From Amoebophrya sp. A120 (taxonomy: Eukaryota; Protista; Dinoflagellata), in the NCBI GenBank assembly GCA_905178155.1, contig CAJINV010000009.1, positions 1,175,907 through 1,239,906 of the forward strand: DNA of 64,000 nt. Reading direction: 5' to 3'. Positions within the stretch are counted from its first letter, which is position 1. Each line of letters opens with the position of its first letter. Under the pieces are notes generated by a model, which had not been told where the DNA came from, searched no databases, and worked only from the letters and a program-made list of their open reading frames with translations. The position numbers were made by a program, and so were the translations under genes. Below are positions 1-12,156 of this stretch, piece after piece.

Positions 1-16
1 ACCTTCACGCCTCCCG

Positions 17-138
17 GCGGTTGCCCTATATGGTAACGGCAACTGCCTTCGCGCTGCGTTTGCTAAGCAATATCGCAAGCGCGCAGAGCGCGCGCGCCGG
101 CTTCGTGGGCCGGCGCGCGCTCTGCGCGCGCGCGCGCA
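17..138. repeat. GC-rich cluster of inverted repeats / hairpins
   Basis: ggcggttgcc(17-26) pairs with ggcaactgcc(38-47). gcgcagagcgcgcgcgccggc-ttcgtgg-gccggcgcgcgctctgcgc (about 81-127) forms a long stem with a 2-nt bulge and is followed by a (CG)n run. Confidence 0.6.
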
Positions 139-3120
139 CGCATTTGGTTACCAGATTATTTGTTCGGAAATGAGAAGGCTTCTCGAGTTGATATCGCTGG
201 AAACACAATCAGCTCTGCACTGGCAAACGGTCCCGCAGTCGCTATGGAATGGAAATACGCACCCAACCGCCTCCTCATTGTTGGTCCTCCTGTTACTTGG
301 CAGACCACTTTCTATGAATGAATGACTTAATAACACGGGAAAAATACCTAATATCGCAATGCAGCTGTATGGAACGGCCGCTTTTACAGTGTCGGACAGA
401 AAGGACTTTTCAACTTTTTTTAACCCGTCGGCCAAAACTAAATGTCCTTCATCTCCTGGCTGACCCTGAACAAATTTTTGTATACGGTGCAACTGCAAAC
501 CTTGGGGGTGCGCGCAAATGGAGGGTGACGATGGGGGCACAATATCGCTTCGTATTCGACAGGGCGGCTACGGAAAGCGTAACTTTCGCAAGTTGTTGCA
601 TCTTGAGGACGGTGCGGTTACTTAGCGCCTCGCGTTTCCTGACCCTTGTTCTGCGCTTCAACCTGAATTGTTCTCGAGCAGTTACTCCTTCGCACGGCGC
701 CGTTTTGTTGCAATGTACTTGTACCCACTGCGTGCCTGCTGCAGCTGCTTCACCTTCAGAAAGCGAAACGCAAACGCGACGCTTCCGGTAGTGAGAGTGT
801 ATCTCACTTGCCCCTCGCTTGCTGGCAGCTTTGTGCGATGCCTTGCGTGCTGTGCCTTTCTTCCGATATCGATAAGTAGGCAAGTCAGGTTTTTCGGTTC
901 GGACCAGCAGCAGCTCGAACTTCGAAGCAAGCGCTCTGCTTGTTGACAATTAATTTGTTGCTGGTAAGTTGCGTCCGAGGACGAGATGAAAGTGATTGTT
1001 GAGAATGAATGCGAATTCTATGAAATTGAAATGCGTCCGCGTCCAAAAGCGTACTCGGCTGCTCGACAAAGGTGATCCATCATACACAAGATGTTAAAGC
1101 TATACTTTTTTTAAGAATTCTAGTATGCAAACGCATGTGTAGATGCCCGCGCTTTTGCAGCAATGCTTTATCCCTATGTCCACCTGTCACTCCATGCACA
1201 AGAGTGAACTCGGATGACGCATCCGTCCGAGCACGTGCATGCATCAAGTACGCAAGGATATTAATGCCCTCGGTTGCTCCAAAAAGCAACATGCATATTT
1301 TTTTATATCTCTAGATGGCTGCTCCTGCTTATTGCGAATGTTTCAGCTTCAACGAGTTGCTGTCCGCCGTGGCGCGGAGCATTTCTTTTGGATAAGGGTG
1401 AGTAGAAAAAATCGTGTGATGAGAGCTACTTGCACGTCCGTAGTTGTCGTCTGGGATACAGACAAGAACGAAGAAGGGCGCTCACAAAAAATCACCTGGA
1501 AAACGAAAAGGAAAACGAAGCAGCTGTGACAGAAACGGCAACAGAGTCCAAACGCGCAAAACAAAAAACAATGAAATATATTTTCAGACGATCCTCAGCT
1601 ATGCCGCGAACGTCTGAGAGAAGCTGGCCTAGTAAAAATTGCAGAGTAACAAGAACGACTTTGGTGCAGAGAATGACGATGGGCGAATGATTGGGACGAC
1701 GAAGCCGAACGAATTTACAACCACGAGTCAAAAAGGCATAGCATTAATCACCGAGCATTAGCATTAGGTAGTTACCCTGCGCGGTTGTAAATACTTAGAC
1801 GTCACCGCTCAGCACGAGATGAACGCAAGATTTTTATACGAAGGAGTCCACCAACCGTCAGTGGGGTTGTTTGTATTTAGTTTTTGCAGTTGTACGAAAA
1901 CGAACCGACAGCCTTGCACCAAGTACGATCGGCGTGCTACAACCAAACCGAAGTCCTGTCTTGCAAGCGTAACGAGTCTCTCAATCAACCGAATACTACA
2001 CGCGGAGCACGCAAAGCTATTGCAGCAAAAGCACGGGATAAACGAATCACAGAGAAAAACCATCGCGGCAGATAAGTACACAAGAACGTCGATACAGCAA
2101 AAATTGAAAGGACACTTGAACGAGGAATTCAAATCGGCAAGAGCTGTATGCGCCCATTCTGTGCGGGACAGCACCAGTCTTGTCTTAGCAAACTCTACGT
2201 GTCGATGTCGCAAATCTAGGTGTCGTCACGTAAGGTGCAAAACCAAAAGTTGTGCGCTGTCGCTTGGTCGAGATGAGTGGACACAGCTCAGCATTTGTTC
2301 GCATTTCCAAGTTCAAATCATGATGTCAACCGGAACTCGGTTTAAAATATCACATCGTCCCTTGCCAGCTTGTTGCACGATCGCCTCCTGAATCCGACTA
2401 TCGGGCCTCGGGCCTCGTCGACCATGATCAACCGGGAGTGGATGCTCCGCTCGAGACCAAGCATGATCAGAGCTTGCAGGTGGACGTACCCAAAAAGACG
2501 GTCTTAGTCGGAAAACAGTCCCGCAGCAGCATCTTCTTCGCATTGTCGGAAAGAAAAAGAACTGGCGCCTGCAGGCATTTTCCATGAGGAAGTTGTTCAT
2601 TCCCCCACTCGATAAAAAATAGGTTGTGCGCGACACAACTATTGCCTGGATAAGCGCAGGAGGCATGACGCACGGAAAATTTCTCTCAATGTTCGCATGC
2701 AAAATAAGTAGTGCTTTTATCTGTCGACTTTTGATTGATCAATCTCGATCTCCATCTTTACAGAACAACCTCCAAATAGAAGTGTAGATCCTGATCATCA
2801 TGCATGCTAATGAAAAATCCTCTCCGCGCCCTCAAAACTTCACGTCTCGTATTTCCGTCTTTTGCACTTCAAGCTTTCGCTTTTTCCGCGGTGCGACTGC
2901 TTCAAAGATGCTGTTGGCAGTGCCCGCCGGCGGATTCTTCGTGACACTGCTGGATGATGACGGAGCCCCCTGTGAAAGGAATGGTCATCGTCATACGCAT
3001 GAAGACCCAGAGTAAGAAGGTCGTATGTGAAAAATAGAGCTAATTTGCAACTCAGCAGAAACAGGGCACAAAATCATGAGTGTCCGTAGCTCTTACAGAT
3101 GAGCCATATCGAATTCAAGA

Positions 3121-5386
3121 TCAAGAAGGGCGGAAATCTAGAAAAGCTGAGAGGAACCAACAGGATAGTGTTGTACGATACGCAAATACAAATTTCAAAG
3201 CATTGCCTACCCTCGATTTTTTTGTCGCTTCGTTTTCACGTGCCAGTAGCTCAGCTCTGGTTTCCTTCTGCGGATTCGTTTTTCTTTTTCCGCCTCTGCG
3301 AACGGCAGACGCAGCTGTCATGGGTACATGAGCATCTACATCTGAGTCGTCAGAATTTTCCCCCGAAGCCGCAGCTAGACTCGCGAGCGCCGTCAGTCCC
3401 GGATCATCGGGTCTTGCCTATATCAAAACGCAAAATGAGCTCCGGCCTGAACATGCAAAATATCAAAATGCAAAATTACCTCGTCGGTTAATGCACACCT
3501 GTGATGTTCTGATTCTGAAGAAAGACGAGAAGAATTCACCGCGATGCGAAGATATGTAAAACCATTTTCAACATTGGATTATAATGTAGAAACTGAAACA
3601 CATCGCCAGCTCGTAAGATATAGCGCGGCACTCCTCATCATGCCCAGAGTTCAAAGAGCTTCACTGTCCTGACCTTGCCGCGCTCGACAAGGTTGTTCTG
3701 GTTCCTGTGACATTTCTCATGCGTTAAGGCTAACAATTTTCAACATAACCGAAGCCGAACTAGGAGATTTTAGAATTTTTGATCGGCCGCCTGCTCGTTC
3801 TTTTTTTCATAGCGGGTGAACCAAGCTTCTTCTGCAGCCTCTGAGAGCGTCGCGCCGCCTTGTCCACAAGGGAGCGTGCCCCGGCCTGCCGTGATGCCCA
3901 ATAAGGCTGCCCGTTCTCGTCCGCGGAATCCGCATCCCAGTAATCCGAGTCCTTTCAGTATGCAATCAAATTTTGCCGAACACTGCAGACACACGTGTTA
4001 AACATCAGAAAGGGAAATTATATATGATGCAAAACGAAAACCAGAACGTTGGTTCCCAAAAGAAATGAAAGAGCGTTCTCCTGGCTACTACTAGTATGTT
4101 TGTGTTGCAGCGGCGTGTTCTTTGTGTTCTTCTTTGTTGCGTAGCGAATCCGCGGAGTCCTCATTGTCTTCCACGTCACTCTCGGGTGCGATGAACGCTA
4201 GGGGAACCTATTTGTTCATTTTTTTCATGCTTAATTTCTACAAAAAGCTTCAGCTTGTAAAATGTTTATTTCAGTAGGTGTCTCTGCAACACATGCACAT
4301 CCTGCCGCTACTTGGCGAAACAAAATAAGTATCCATATTCACATCCAAATGGCTATAATCGTGCGGGAGGACCCATGATCAAAGTTCACTTTACTACTTA
4401 ATCAACAGTTGGACCGAGGGTGTACAGCAACGAAGTGTACGGGTCACAATGCTGACTGTAAATCCAAATGATTTCTGAAGCTGTTGCCGTACCGCACTTC
4501 GCATAAAGAAAAAAAATCAAAGCTAAATACAGAGAGATCCAGGTCTCCTTGAGCGCGCAAAGAATTACATTTATGGGTCTGGGCATAGAATTCGTCTATT
4601 TTTCGGTGCGAAAAATTAAAATTATAGCAGTGAACAGCAAATCGAAAATAAAACAAGAAGTAGCTTACTGCACTAACACCACCCTGCGTGTTTGCGACGT
4701 AACAGATTTGCTTTTTCGGGTGCTCGGCCAGCACCATTACGTCATCATCCTCTGCGATGGGTCCGCAGTTCAAGCTCGCCGGAAAGTCCGTGCTAGCGTG
4801 GCGCACAGACGGCGCTGCTACAAACTCTCGCTGAATCCAGCCTCGCTTCTCCGGGTGTTTCACCCCGCACACTTCAACCCAGCTCGCGTCCCCGCCTTTC
4901 GTGCACGTCTGCAAAACTTTTATACGCTCCACCAGTATTGCAAGGGAGGATGTTGTACCACAATAAACCAAATTAACATTTGCTGTTCGGAGTGAAAATA
5001 TAGATGATTGCAAATCAGTTCAAACCTTCCAACTAACAGAATCGCAAAAAACTTTTGTTTCATCTTCATGCAACTGATACATTCTTTGCACATAAAGAAA
5101 AGTGCCTCTGCTGCGACGCAGTGAAAACAGACAAGGCGGCAGGTGAACAAATGTGTGGATATCAGGTAGTATTCGGTACAGTTTCCTTGTTGATACGCTG
5201 AGACAAAACGACGTGTGCTGCATTTTTTGTGTCTGCACTCATGGATCCCACTGACCCGGGAGCTTTCTGCAGCACTGTGGTCCCGTCTCTGTCCTCACAA
5301 TCCGGGCGAAAATGCAGGTACAACTCCCCTTCCATGTTGTAGCGTCGGACACAAAAGCGGAATAGACACGCAGCCCGCAGAGGCAC
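3121..5386 (-). CDS. Probable multi-exon gene with SH3-like domain(s); exon structure not resolved
   Basis: Exon-like pieces: ...IKVLQTCTKGGDASWVEVCGVKHPEKRGWIQREFV...DVMVLAEHPKKQICYVANTQG (about 4670-4945); ag|VPLAFIAPESDVEDNED (about 4100-4207); charged segments at 3790-3960 and 3200-3417. W-x-E...GW and G..VP..F are SH3-like. Confidence 0.4.
3421..3784. mobile_element. Candidate degenerate introner
   Basis: Left end TATCAAAACGCAAAATG fits the introner terminus. Right end reverse-complemented is GATCAAAAATTCTAAAATC. Internal tttctcatgc at 3713. The TSD is not conserved, and a GC-AG intron at 3418-3790 is an alternative reading. Confidence 0.35.
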
Positions 5387-6841
5387 CGTCTTACGACTGC
5401 GATAAATGGAACAATACGGATGTTAATAAAGCGGTAATAGAGTCCAGTGAGTCAATTGCAAATACTGATGAACATTTTGAAAATACCACGTATCTTCTTA
5501 CTTCTTCTCTGGTCTGCGGCCACGTCTCTTCTCCTCGAGAAAAAAATTGTTTCATATCTTTTCTTTTACCTGATAAGAATATTATAATGAAACGCGGATT
5601 CAGATCGAAGTGGACACGTAAAAGACCACATTGCAAAGGTGCGCGATTCAGTTCTCGCCTCCGCGTCGTGAAGACGCGTTATCAAAAAGGGTTAGTAGAG
5701 CACCTCAATTCATAGATGCCGAGGCACAGAAAGAACAAGCTCTCTGCATAGATTAAATACTAACTTACATTCCTAGATATAACGAATTTGAGCCATCTTC
5801 TGGAAATGATGAAAGACTCCATTCCGCCTCGGTCTCACCCGACGAGAGGCATCAGAATAATTCAGGTAGAATTTTCGAAAAGATCTTCGTCAGGTCGGAT
5901 TCGGTACATTTAGAATCTGGGGTGGGTCGAGCTTTCTGGACATCGAAAATGAAAGCGCCAGCTACTCGCAAACCTTCCAAGTATCACGTCGGAACTGGGC
6001 TAAATCGCGAGCTGGTTCTGCTTTATTTTGCACAATCAAACAGACCCAAAGTGTACGTAAAAAAAGTTAGTCAGCATTCCCTTATTTTACTGCAATCACG
6101 ATTTCCAAGAAGATCGCTCACCACGATTTGATTATCTTCAGTGTCTTGCGTTGATAGTATCGCGAAAGTGCAGCAAAAGATCGGCAAGTGGTCAGAAATC
6201 GTAACACCGGACGAAAAAGGATCGTAGCGATTCGCCTACTTACCGTTTGGCTGACAGGTTGCCCTTGTCAGTTTGGTATGTTATTTTCACACCGAAGGTT
6301 TCAAGTCTGTGTGAACTTAAGTAACTGCGAACGCCAATCAATAGGGAAATCGGTTAGAAGTGTCCATGTCCCGATGAACAATCACCAGAATCAGAAACAA
6401 GATAGGGGACAATTTGGACAAAACTGCCCATTGACATTGAGCCAACCATTCCTGGTAGAAGGCTTGCAGCAAGCAGGCTCTGCTTCTTCCTTCAGAGGGG
6501 TTTTTCCGCACGAACTACAAAAGAGGGCAGCTCTAATGATCTATGAGGAGATGGCAAATACACAGCGTTAGAGTTGGTGGGCGGGGAGTAGTTGTAATAG
6601 GAGTAGTGATTGTTCCACGAAGGGGGAGCAGAGATGGAGGAAGCTGCCAGTACTGACTCCCAGCAAAAGGCGAGAAAACAATGCTACTTTTGACTCAAAC
6701 AAATACTGAAAGGTGAAAACTACAGGGACAGTGATCTTGATGATAATTTTTTATATATGCAACAGCTGAACGTGAACTTTTCGGGTGTTGTGTCTTCATT
6801 AAAAATAACTTCTTCCGCAACCGCCATGGTGCCGCTAGTCA

Positions 6842-9399
6842 TCACCCAAAAAGCCATTTCATAAAGCCATCAATGGGGGCCTTGTCGTCGTCGTCTTTTT
6901 TTCTGGTGGATTTGGAGGAATAATTTCCGCCCCTCTCACTACCGCGCCGGTCGTTGTCGTCCCACACAGCACCGCTGTGGTAAGGGTCTGCTTGGTCGTA
7001 GTAACCGTAGTCTCCCGGCGGAAGGAATGTGCTGGCCTCCAGGTGAGACTGCTCGTCGTAGTACTCATCATCCTGCCAGTCTTCTCTGTCGTAACGGTGA
7101 CAATATCCTTGGCGGTAGCAAAACAGCATGCAGAAAATTACGACGAGACCACCCAGGACGAGTGCGATCACGACCAAGACGTCTACATCTTCCTTGGGCT
7201 TCAAACCCAGCATGTTGTTGACCACACTCGGGGGTGCCGCCCCGATGTGACCAGTAGAAGGCTCAACAGTAGAAGTGGAAGCCTCCTCCACTTTCTTGTG
7301 CGATTCCGACTCCTCGTCCTCGACTTCAACATCTTCCACGTCCGTAAATGGGTCGTGTTCTTCGACTTGTGCCCCGTATGGCAGCATCATAGCGATCTTC
7401 CAGACTGGAGAGCCCGACTGTAGGGACAGGTTTTCGTCCTCAGTCACACACTCGTCCTTCAAGAAAACGCAGCCTTTTTCACTACCTTTCGGAATCGTAA
7501 CCACCTTGATCGCAACTCCCCAGCACCTTTCTACACCACGGGCTTCGCACTCTATCATGCAATCCGCCGCATCCCCTTTGCGGTACCAGCTGTGGTTTTC
7601 GGCTTGGTAGTCGTCGAACACGATTTTTGTGTTGCCTGCGTATCGGCAGCTAGCCGCGACTTTGTGGCCCCACTCCAATGCGTTGTGCGTTTCCTCGAGG
7701 AGCCGCTCCCGCGCCTTGGCAAAGGTTACGTCCCACTTGGCGTATTCTTCGTCTTTCTGCTTCAACCATTTCCTATGTTCTTCCGCCTCCCACTTCGTCA
7801 TGAAATCGTCGCTGCGGGTACCAAAACGAAAACTGTCCCCATGACGAGGGGAATGACGCCACAGCACCATACGAAATAAAGCCACCTGCTGGGAAGCAAT
7901 CTTTATTAAACGCAGCCGCGGGAAGATCCCCATTCAGACGCAACTCTCTCAGATCTCAATACGCGACACGGTGGCCCGAATGTGCAAAGTGCAAGTAGAA
8001 ATTCATATAGCGGGCACAACAAGTAGACGTCGCAACTAGAACTAGTACTACATCAACAGAATTCAAATGCAAGAGTAGCGGATCGGGTTTCAAATATCTT
8101 TCTTGGGCAGTGTTTTCTTTTTGGTAGCATTTCAGAGGTTGAAACGTCGCCTCCGTGTCTCTGTAGTGCAACAGAACGTGCGTGGCGGATCCAATCTCCC
8201 ACTTTTCCTGATTGCCCAAGGAATCCGATGCAAGGTCACGCGACTCCCATTTGTGCTTCTTTTCACTGCACTCTGTGTCCTTGTATTCGGTATGGCACTC
8301 GAATGTATCGCCGCGTTTGTGGACGATAATATCAGGGGCATTTCGGGCAAGAAAATTTCAAAATGAAAAATTTTCCCTCCTCCTTGGATCATCTCGGAAG
8401 TAAAAAAATTCTGGCCTGTGCTTGCGCATCAACGGAACAACCGGATTATACTGACGAAAATCGTATACACGAAGATTTCAGTTGCAAATAGAGCGAGCAA
8501 GGACCACGTCGTAAGTCTACTGCAAGTAAGACAGAATAAAAGTCGCCCTGCTACTTTTAATACTTGTACGCCACACACTGTGCTGAAACTTCTTCCGATG
8601 CTGAAGATCTTGCTACAGCTACAATTTTCAATTGCATATTACATGACATGAACTAGCACGATTGATTCATTTGTATGTTCGTTGTATGTCAAGAAGGATG
8701 CCGATGCGGAAAAATTTTCACAGGCGTAGCTCGACCGGCGTTGGGGGATTACCCTCGTACCCATATTTGATTGGGCCCGGGTAACATCTGAATCCGATCA
8801 TGTCAGTGACGGTCTGGCACTTGTCCGTAAGTAGAATCCGACGACCCGTTTCCATCAAACTCCCGACCCCCATGGTATGCTTGTGCGGAGCATCAGGAGC
8901 TGCTCCGAGGAGATCCCGGTGCTGCGGAGGCGGGGGTGCGTGCGGTGTAAGTTCGGAGGACAGCTGTACGTCCTTGTCTTCATCCGTGCGAGCGGTCGAT
9001 GCCACAAGTGCCACCGTGGACGAGCCTGCTGTCTCGTACCCTGGATTTATTTCGCTTTCCTCTACATACATGACGTGCTGCTGTTTCAAACCAGCGGCAA
9101 GCAGGGGAGTTTTTGGACCGTCATGTCGAGCAGAAGGACCATCTGCGTCGTGTGTCGCCGCTTTTTGTTTCTGGTTGAGCACTTACACCGGCCTCGGAGG
9201 TGAAGTTCGTCTTTTGAATAGCTGCCGAAAAACCCTCGACGAGGCTTGGCACTGGCAGCGGCAGGGCCAGGGGGTAACAAGCTCCGAAAATAACAAAACC
9301 ACCGCGTAGAGAACTTCTCACCGCGGCTCCACGACGCGGCTGATACGCAGAGAACTGGCGGCTGCGGCGTTCGCGTTCTTCCTCGTACGTCTGGTTCAT
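6842..9399 (-). CDS. Type-I membrane protein, PAN/Apple-like adhesin, paralog A (multi-exon; frameshift or 16-nt intron near 9171-9186)
   Basis: Exons about 9399-9187, 9170-8729, 8350-8127 and 7813-6842 align with paralog B (THVLLHYRDTEATFQPLKC vs THIYVNPEHERATFQALKC; CMIECEARGVERCWGVAI...GCVFLKDEC). Single TM VLVVIALVLGGLVVIFCMLFCY; tail DDDDKAPIDGFMKWLFG. Confidence 0.75.
7819..8126. mobile_element. Introner (TIR element acting as intron) in paralog A
   Basis: TIRs TACCAAAACGAAAAC / TACCAAAAAGAAAAC. Removing the element plus 5 bp gives LKC|SDDFMTKWEAEEHRKW, gap-free against paralog B LKCGSGYKTREEDAAWKAY. TSD decayed (AATGC vs CCCGC, sense). Confidence 0.8.
8356..8728. mobile_element. Degenerate introner in paralog A
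   Basis: Ends TTTCAAAATGAAAAATTTTCC / TACGCCTGTGAAAATTTTTCC. Removing the element plus 5 bp restores the frame (PTPVE-LARNAPDIIVH). No GT-AG solution seen. Confidence 0.55.
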
Positions 9400-9410
9400 G
9401 ACTTTGCGGC
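9328..9410. repeat. 83-bp direct repeat, copy 1 (probable long TSD)
   Basis: Identical to 10667-10749 (tccacgacgcggctgatac...catgactttgcggc). Confidence 0.95.
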
Positions 9411-10666
9411 CTGGGCCGCTTTGTCCACACTTTCCCGCTGATTTGTGCTATTGTTTCCCTTGCTTTTTCCTCCTGTTCTTGTCTCTGCTGCTCCAGTCGT
9501 TGTCTTCGCTCCTGCTCCATCGCCGTGCGTTTTGTGGTTTTTGGTTGTCCTGCTTTCTGTCCTTTTGCTCTCTTTTTCGGCTGTATCTTCCTCTTTGCGT
9601 TCAGCGTCGCCCGGATTGCTATCCCGGTCGGCTTTTGTTCCTTGATTAATTCCAGCGTTAGCCCAAAGGCCTCGAGGTCTTGCTTTATCTGTCGACCCCA
9701 CGGCGTGTTTTTGTGGATTTCTTTCTCTATTCTGCCTACTGACCCTTCTTTCCAGTCGCCCCTGCCGGCGTGCGCCACCCAAGCAATCCGCTTGCCCTGC
9801 ACTTCGTCTTCTATGAGCTGCACTCCCAGCTCTTCGCATAGTTCTGCCCTTGACCGGTCTTCGTTCCGGTAATGCCCCCCCAGGATCTGGCGGAGCGCGT
9901 TGTGCTGGAATTTGCGCAGTGCTGTGTCGCCCGCCGGCGACAGCGACCACGCTTCTGCGTTGTATAGCACTACACTAAGAGACAGGGATCTATACAGTTC
10001 GGCTTTCAAATGCGGGGGGAGGCTGCGATCCCGCCAAATTGGCTGCAGCTGTTTGACTACTCCCGTGGCTATCCCGCAGCGCCGCGCAACTTCTGTGTCT
10101 GTGGTGCCGTCTTGCGCCACCTCTGTTCCTAGGTACTTGAAGGAGGGAACGGCCTCGACCTCCCTGCCGTTGTACCTTAGTTTGCGCGCGTGTTGTGGCT
10201 TTGTTGCTTTTGGCTTGCTTTTCTTCTTTTGCTCTATGAGCCTGCAGGTTCTTAGTGTGCGGAGCTCCTTCACGGTCTTGTTCGGGCGACAGAAACCCGT
10301 CGCCTGGTGGAACAAGAGCGCAGTTTCGTCTGGCAAAATGTCACCGCACTTTTCGCAGACGAACTCGTTGCGAGCCTCCAAGACGTGCTTCTTCCTACCT
10401 AATCGTATCAGCCGGATGCTTTCGCCGTCCTGGGTGGTAGCCCAACCTGACATCTTGGATGCGATCGCCGTTACCCCGGAGGCGGGGTCGTCCCAAACTA
10501 TTAGGTGTGTGGGCGCCAGGCCGTTGTAGGACTGGCTTGCGGGCGGGAGGCGGTCCGCCTCTCGTCTCCACTCGTCGGCCCAATCTACGCCGCTCCAGTC
10601 TATCATCCACCCCTCCGCACCGTCTAGGGCGCATCTCTCCATCATTGCTTCTGGATTTACGCACCG
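9411..10666 (-). mobile_element. Truncated non-LTR retrotransposon (RTE-like RT C-terminal/thumb region with zinc finger)
   Basis: VEAVPSFKYLGTEV..DG...TEVARRCGIA....QLQPIWRDRSL....KAELYRSLSLSVVLYNAEAWSL.....LRKFQHNALRQILG is the typical LINE RT domain 7/thumb. Upstream CEKCG...H....C zinc finger. A-rich sense strand. No YADD core in the fragment. Confidence 0.88.
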
Positions 10667-10749
10667 TCCACGACGCGGCTGATACGCAGAGAACTGGCGG
10701 CTGCGGCGTTCGCGTTCTTCCTCGTACGTCTGGTTCATGACTTTGCGGC
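10667..10749. repeat. 83-bp direct repeat, copy 2 (probable long TSD)
   Basis: Identical to 9328-9410. Confidence 0.95.
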
Positions 10750-12156
10750 ACGGTTGCATGGCCTTTCGATGCAGGACCTTGCGTTCGTCCTACACGAGAC
10801 AACAGAGGTGGGCGGAAGGGAAAATAAATAAATCCGTGCTTTTTTGCTTCCATATCTGCCAAGCGAAAAGTAGAACTCTCGAAATTATACGATAGCACAA
10901 AAAGGAAAACGTCTCGATTTTCGCAATTGCTGTTCGGAGATTGTCGTGTCATCGGGGTGAGACCTTGCCGTGAAGGGACTTCTACGTTCTACTCGTATAA
11001 GTACTTCCTGACCGGTGACTGTGAACTAAGTTTCATCAGGCACCCCTACAAAACGAATTCAATTTTTTTATTTCATTTGTCTATGACACAGGAGCAGGAC
11101 ATACAGCAGGGAAAGAAAAGGAGCTTCCTCCGATTTCTTCATCACGCCTATTTCTCAGTGTGAACGAACAAGTAATCTTCTGTACTTGCAGACGAAGGTG
11201 TACGGCTCGCGCGTTGAGCGCGGACGAAAAAACATCACCAGGAACGAAAGAGTAAATCTAAACTCATGCGGAGTGTGCTTTCGATGGGATAATAATTTGG
11301 AGATGGAGCAGTGGTGTCATCTTTATTACGAACGAGGCGGAGTATCAATACTTGAACGACATTTCTTGTTCCAGCACGAAGGAACCGCGATACTGTACGA
11401 TTTTGTTCGCAGAAATATGAAGAAGCATCTACTCGTCGCGCCGGTTTATTTGCGGGACCAGCGTATAAGGTAGGGTACACCTTCAACTTGCATTTATTCG
11501 CTGGAATGAGGCCAAATACTTTTACTTTTTCCGTGCTGCACGCGAAGCAACGGCTCCATTTCGCGTACTGCAGTTGTACGAGTGTGGGGGCGAATCGTGT
11601 GGTGAGGCAGATAGTTTTGGAGAAATGGTGTCGTGGGGATCACAGAAAGGCATTGCCGAAAACGGAAAACCGGGAACAGAAGTGCTGGAGAAGTTCTGAT
11701 ATAATATAACACGCTGCAGAAAAAAGACTACGTAGTGAAAGTGAAAATCTGTTTCGATATCACAACCCAGAGCAACTCGTCTGGGGAGGTCACGCAATAG
11801 AAGAAGACAGGGATGCAACGAAGCTTCACTGCCCAGCTCTCATGCGTGAACGTGAAGATTATTGCGGTATAGAGACGCGAGAGCGTGTAGTTTCTACACT
11901 GAAACAACACTTCTAGACGCCCCCATCGAGATCTGGATCGATTCAGTTTGGAAATTGAAGTGGCGACGAATGTGACACTACAAATTTCTAAATTTTTTGC
12001 AACACGTGAATTTGATAAAGCCTCTCAGAAGTAGCAAGTGTGGGAGAACGAGGCGGCAAATACTCCGTACGGAGGGAAAAAAGGGGGTATCTAGACGTTT
12101 GCCTTCAACGCTACTGTTAGAAAGATCGTGGAAGAGAAAATTTATCACGTAGCTAC

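Noticed and set aside
2803-2832. Solo TIR-like CATGCTAATGAAAAATCCTCTCC
   Set aside because: No partner end or TSD found.
148-3000. Short ORFs as genes (also 5400-6800, 10900-12100, 15200-16200, 34628-34903)
   Set aside because: No recognisable motifs or consistent splice structure; small exons cannot be excluded.
6842-7933. Paralog A as an intronless retrocopy starting at 7933
   Set aside because: The first roughly 40 codons are introner sequence, and upstream exons align with paralog B.
9328-10749. LTR retrotransposon or CRISPR-like repeat
   Set aside because: Only two copies, no TG...CA ends, PBS or PPT, and the protein is LINE-type.
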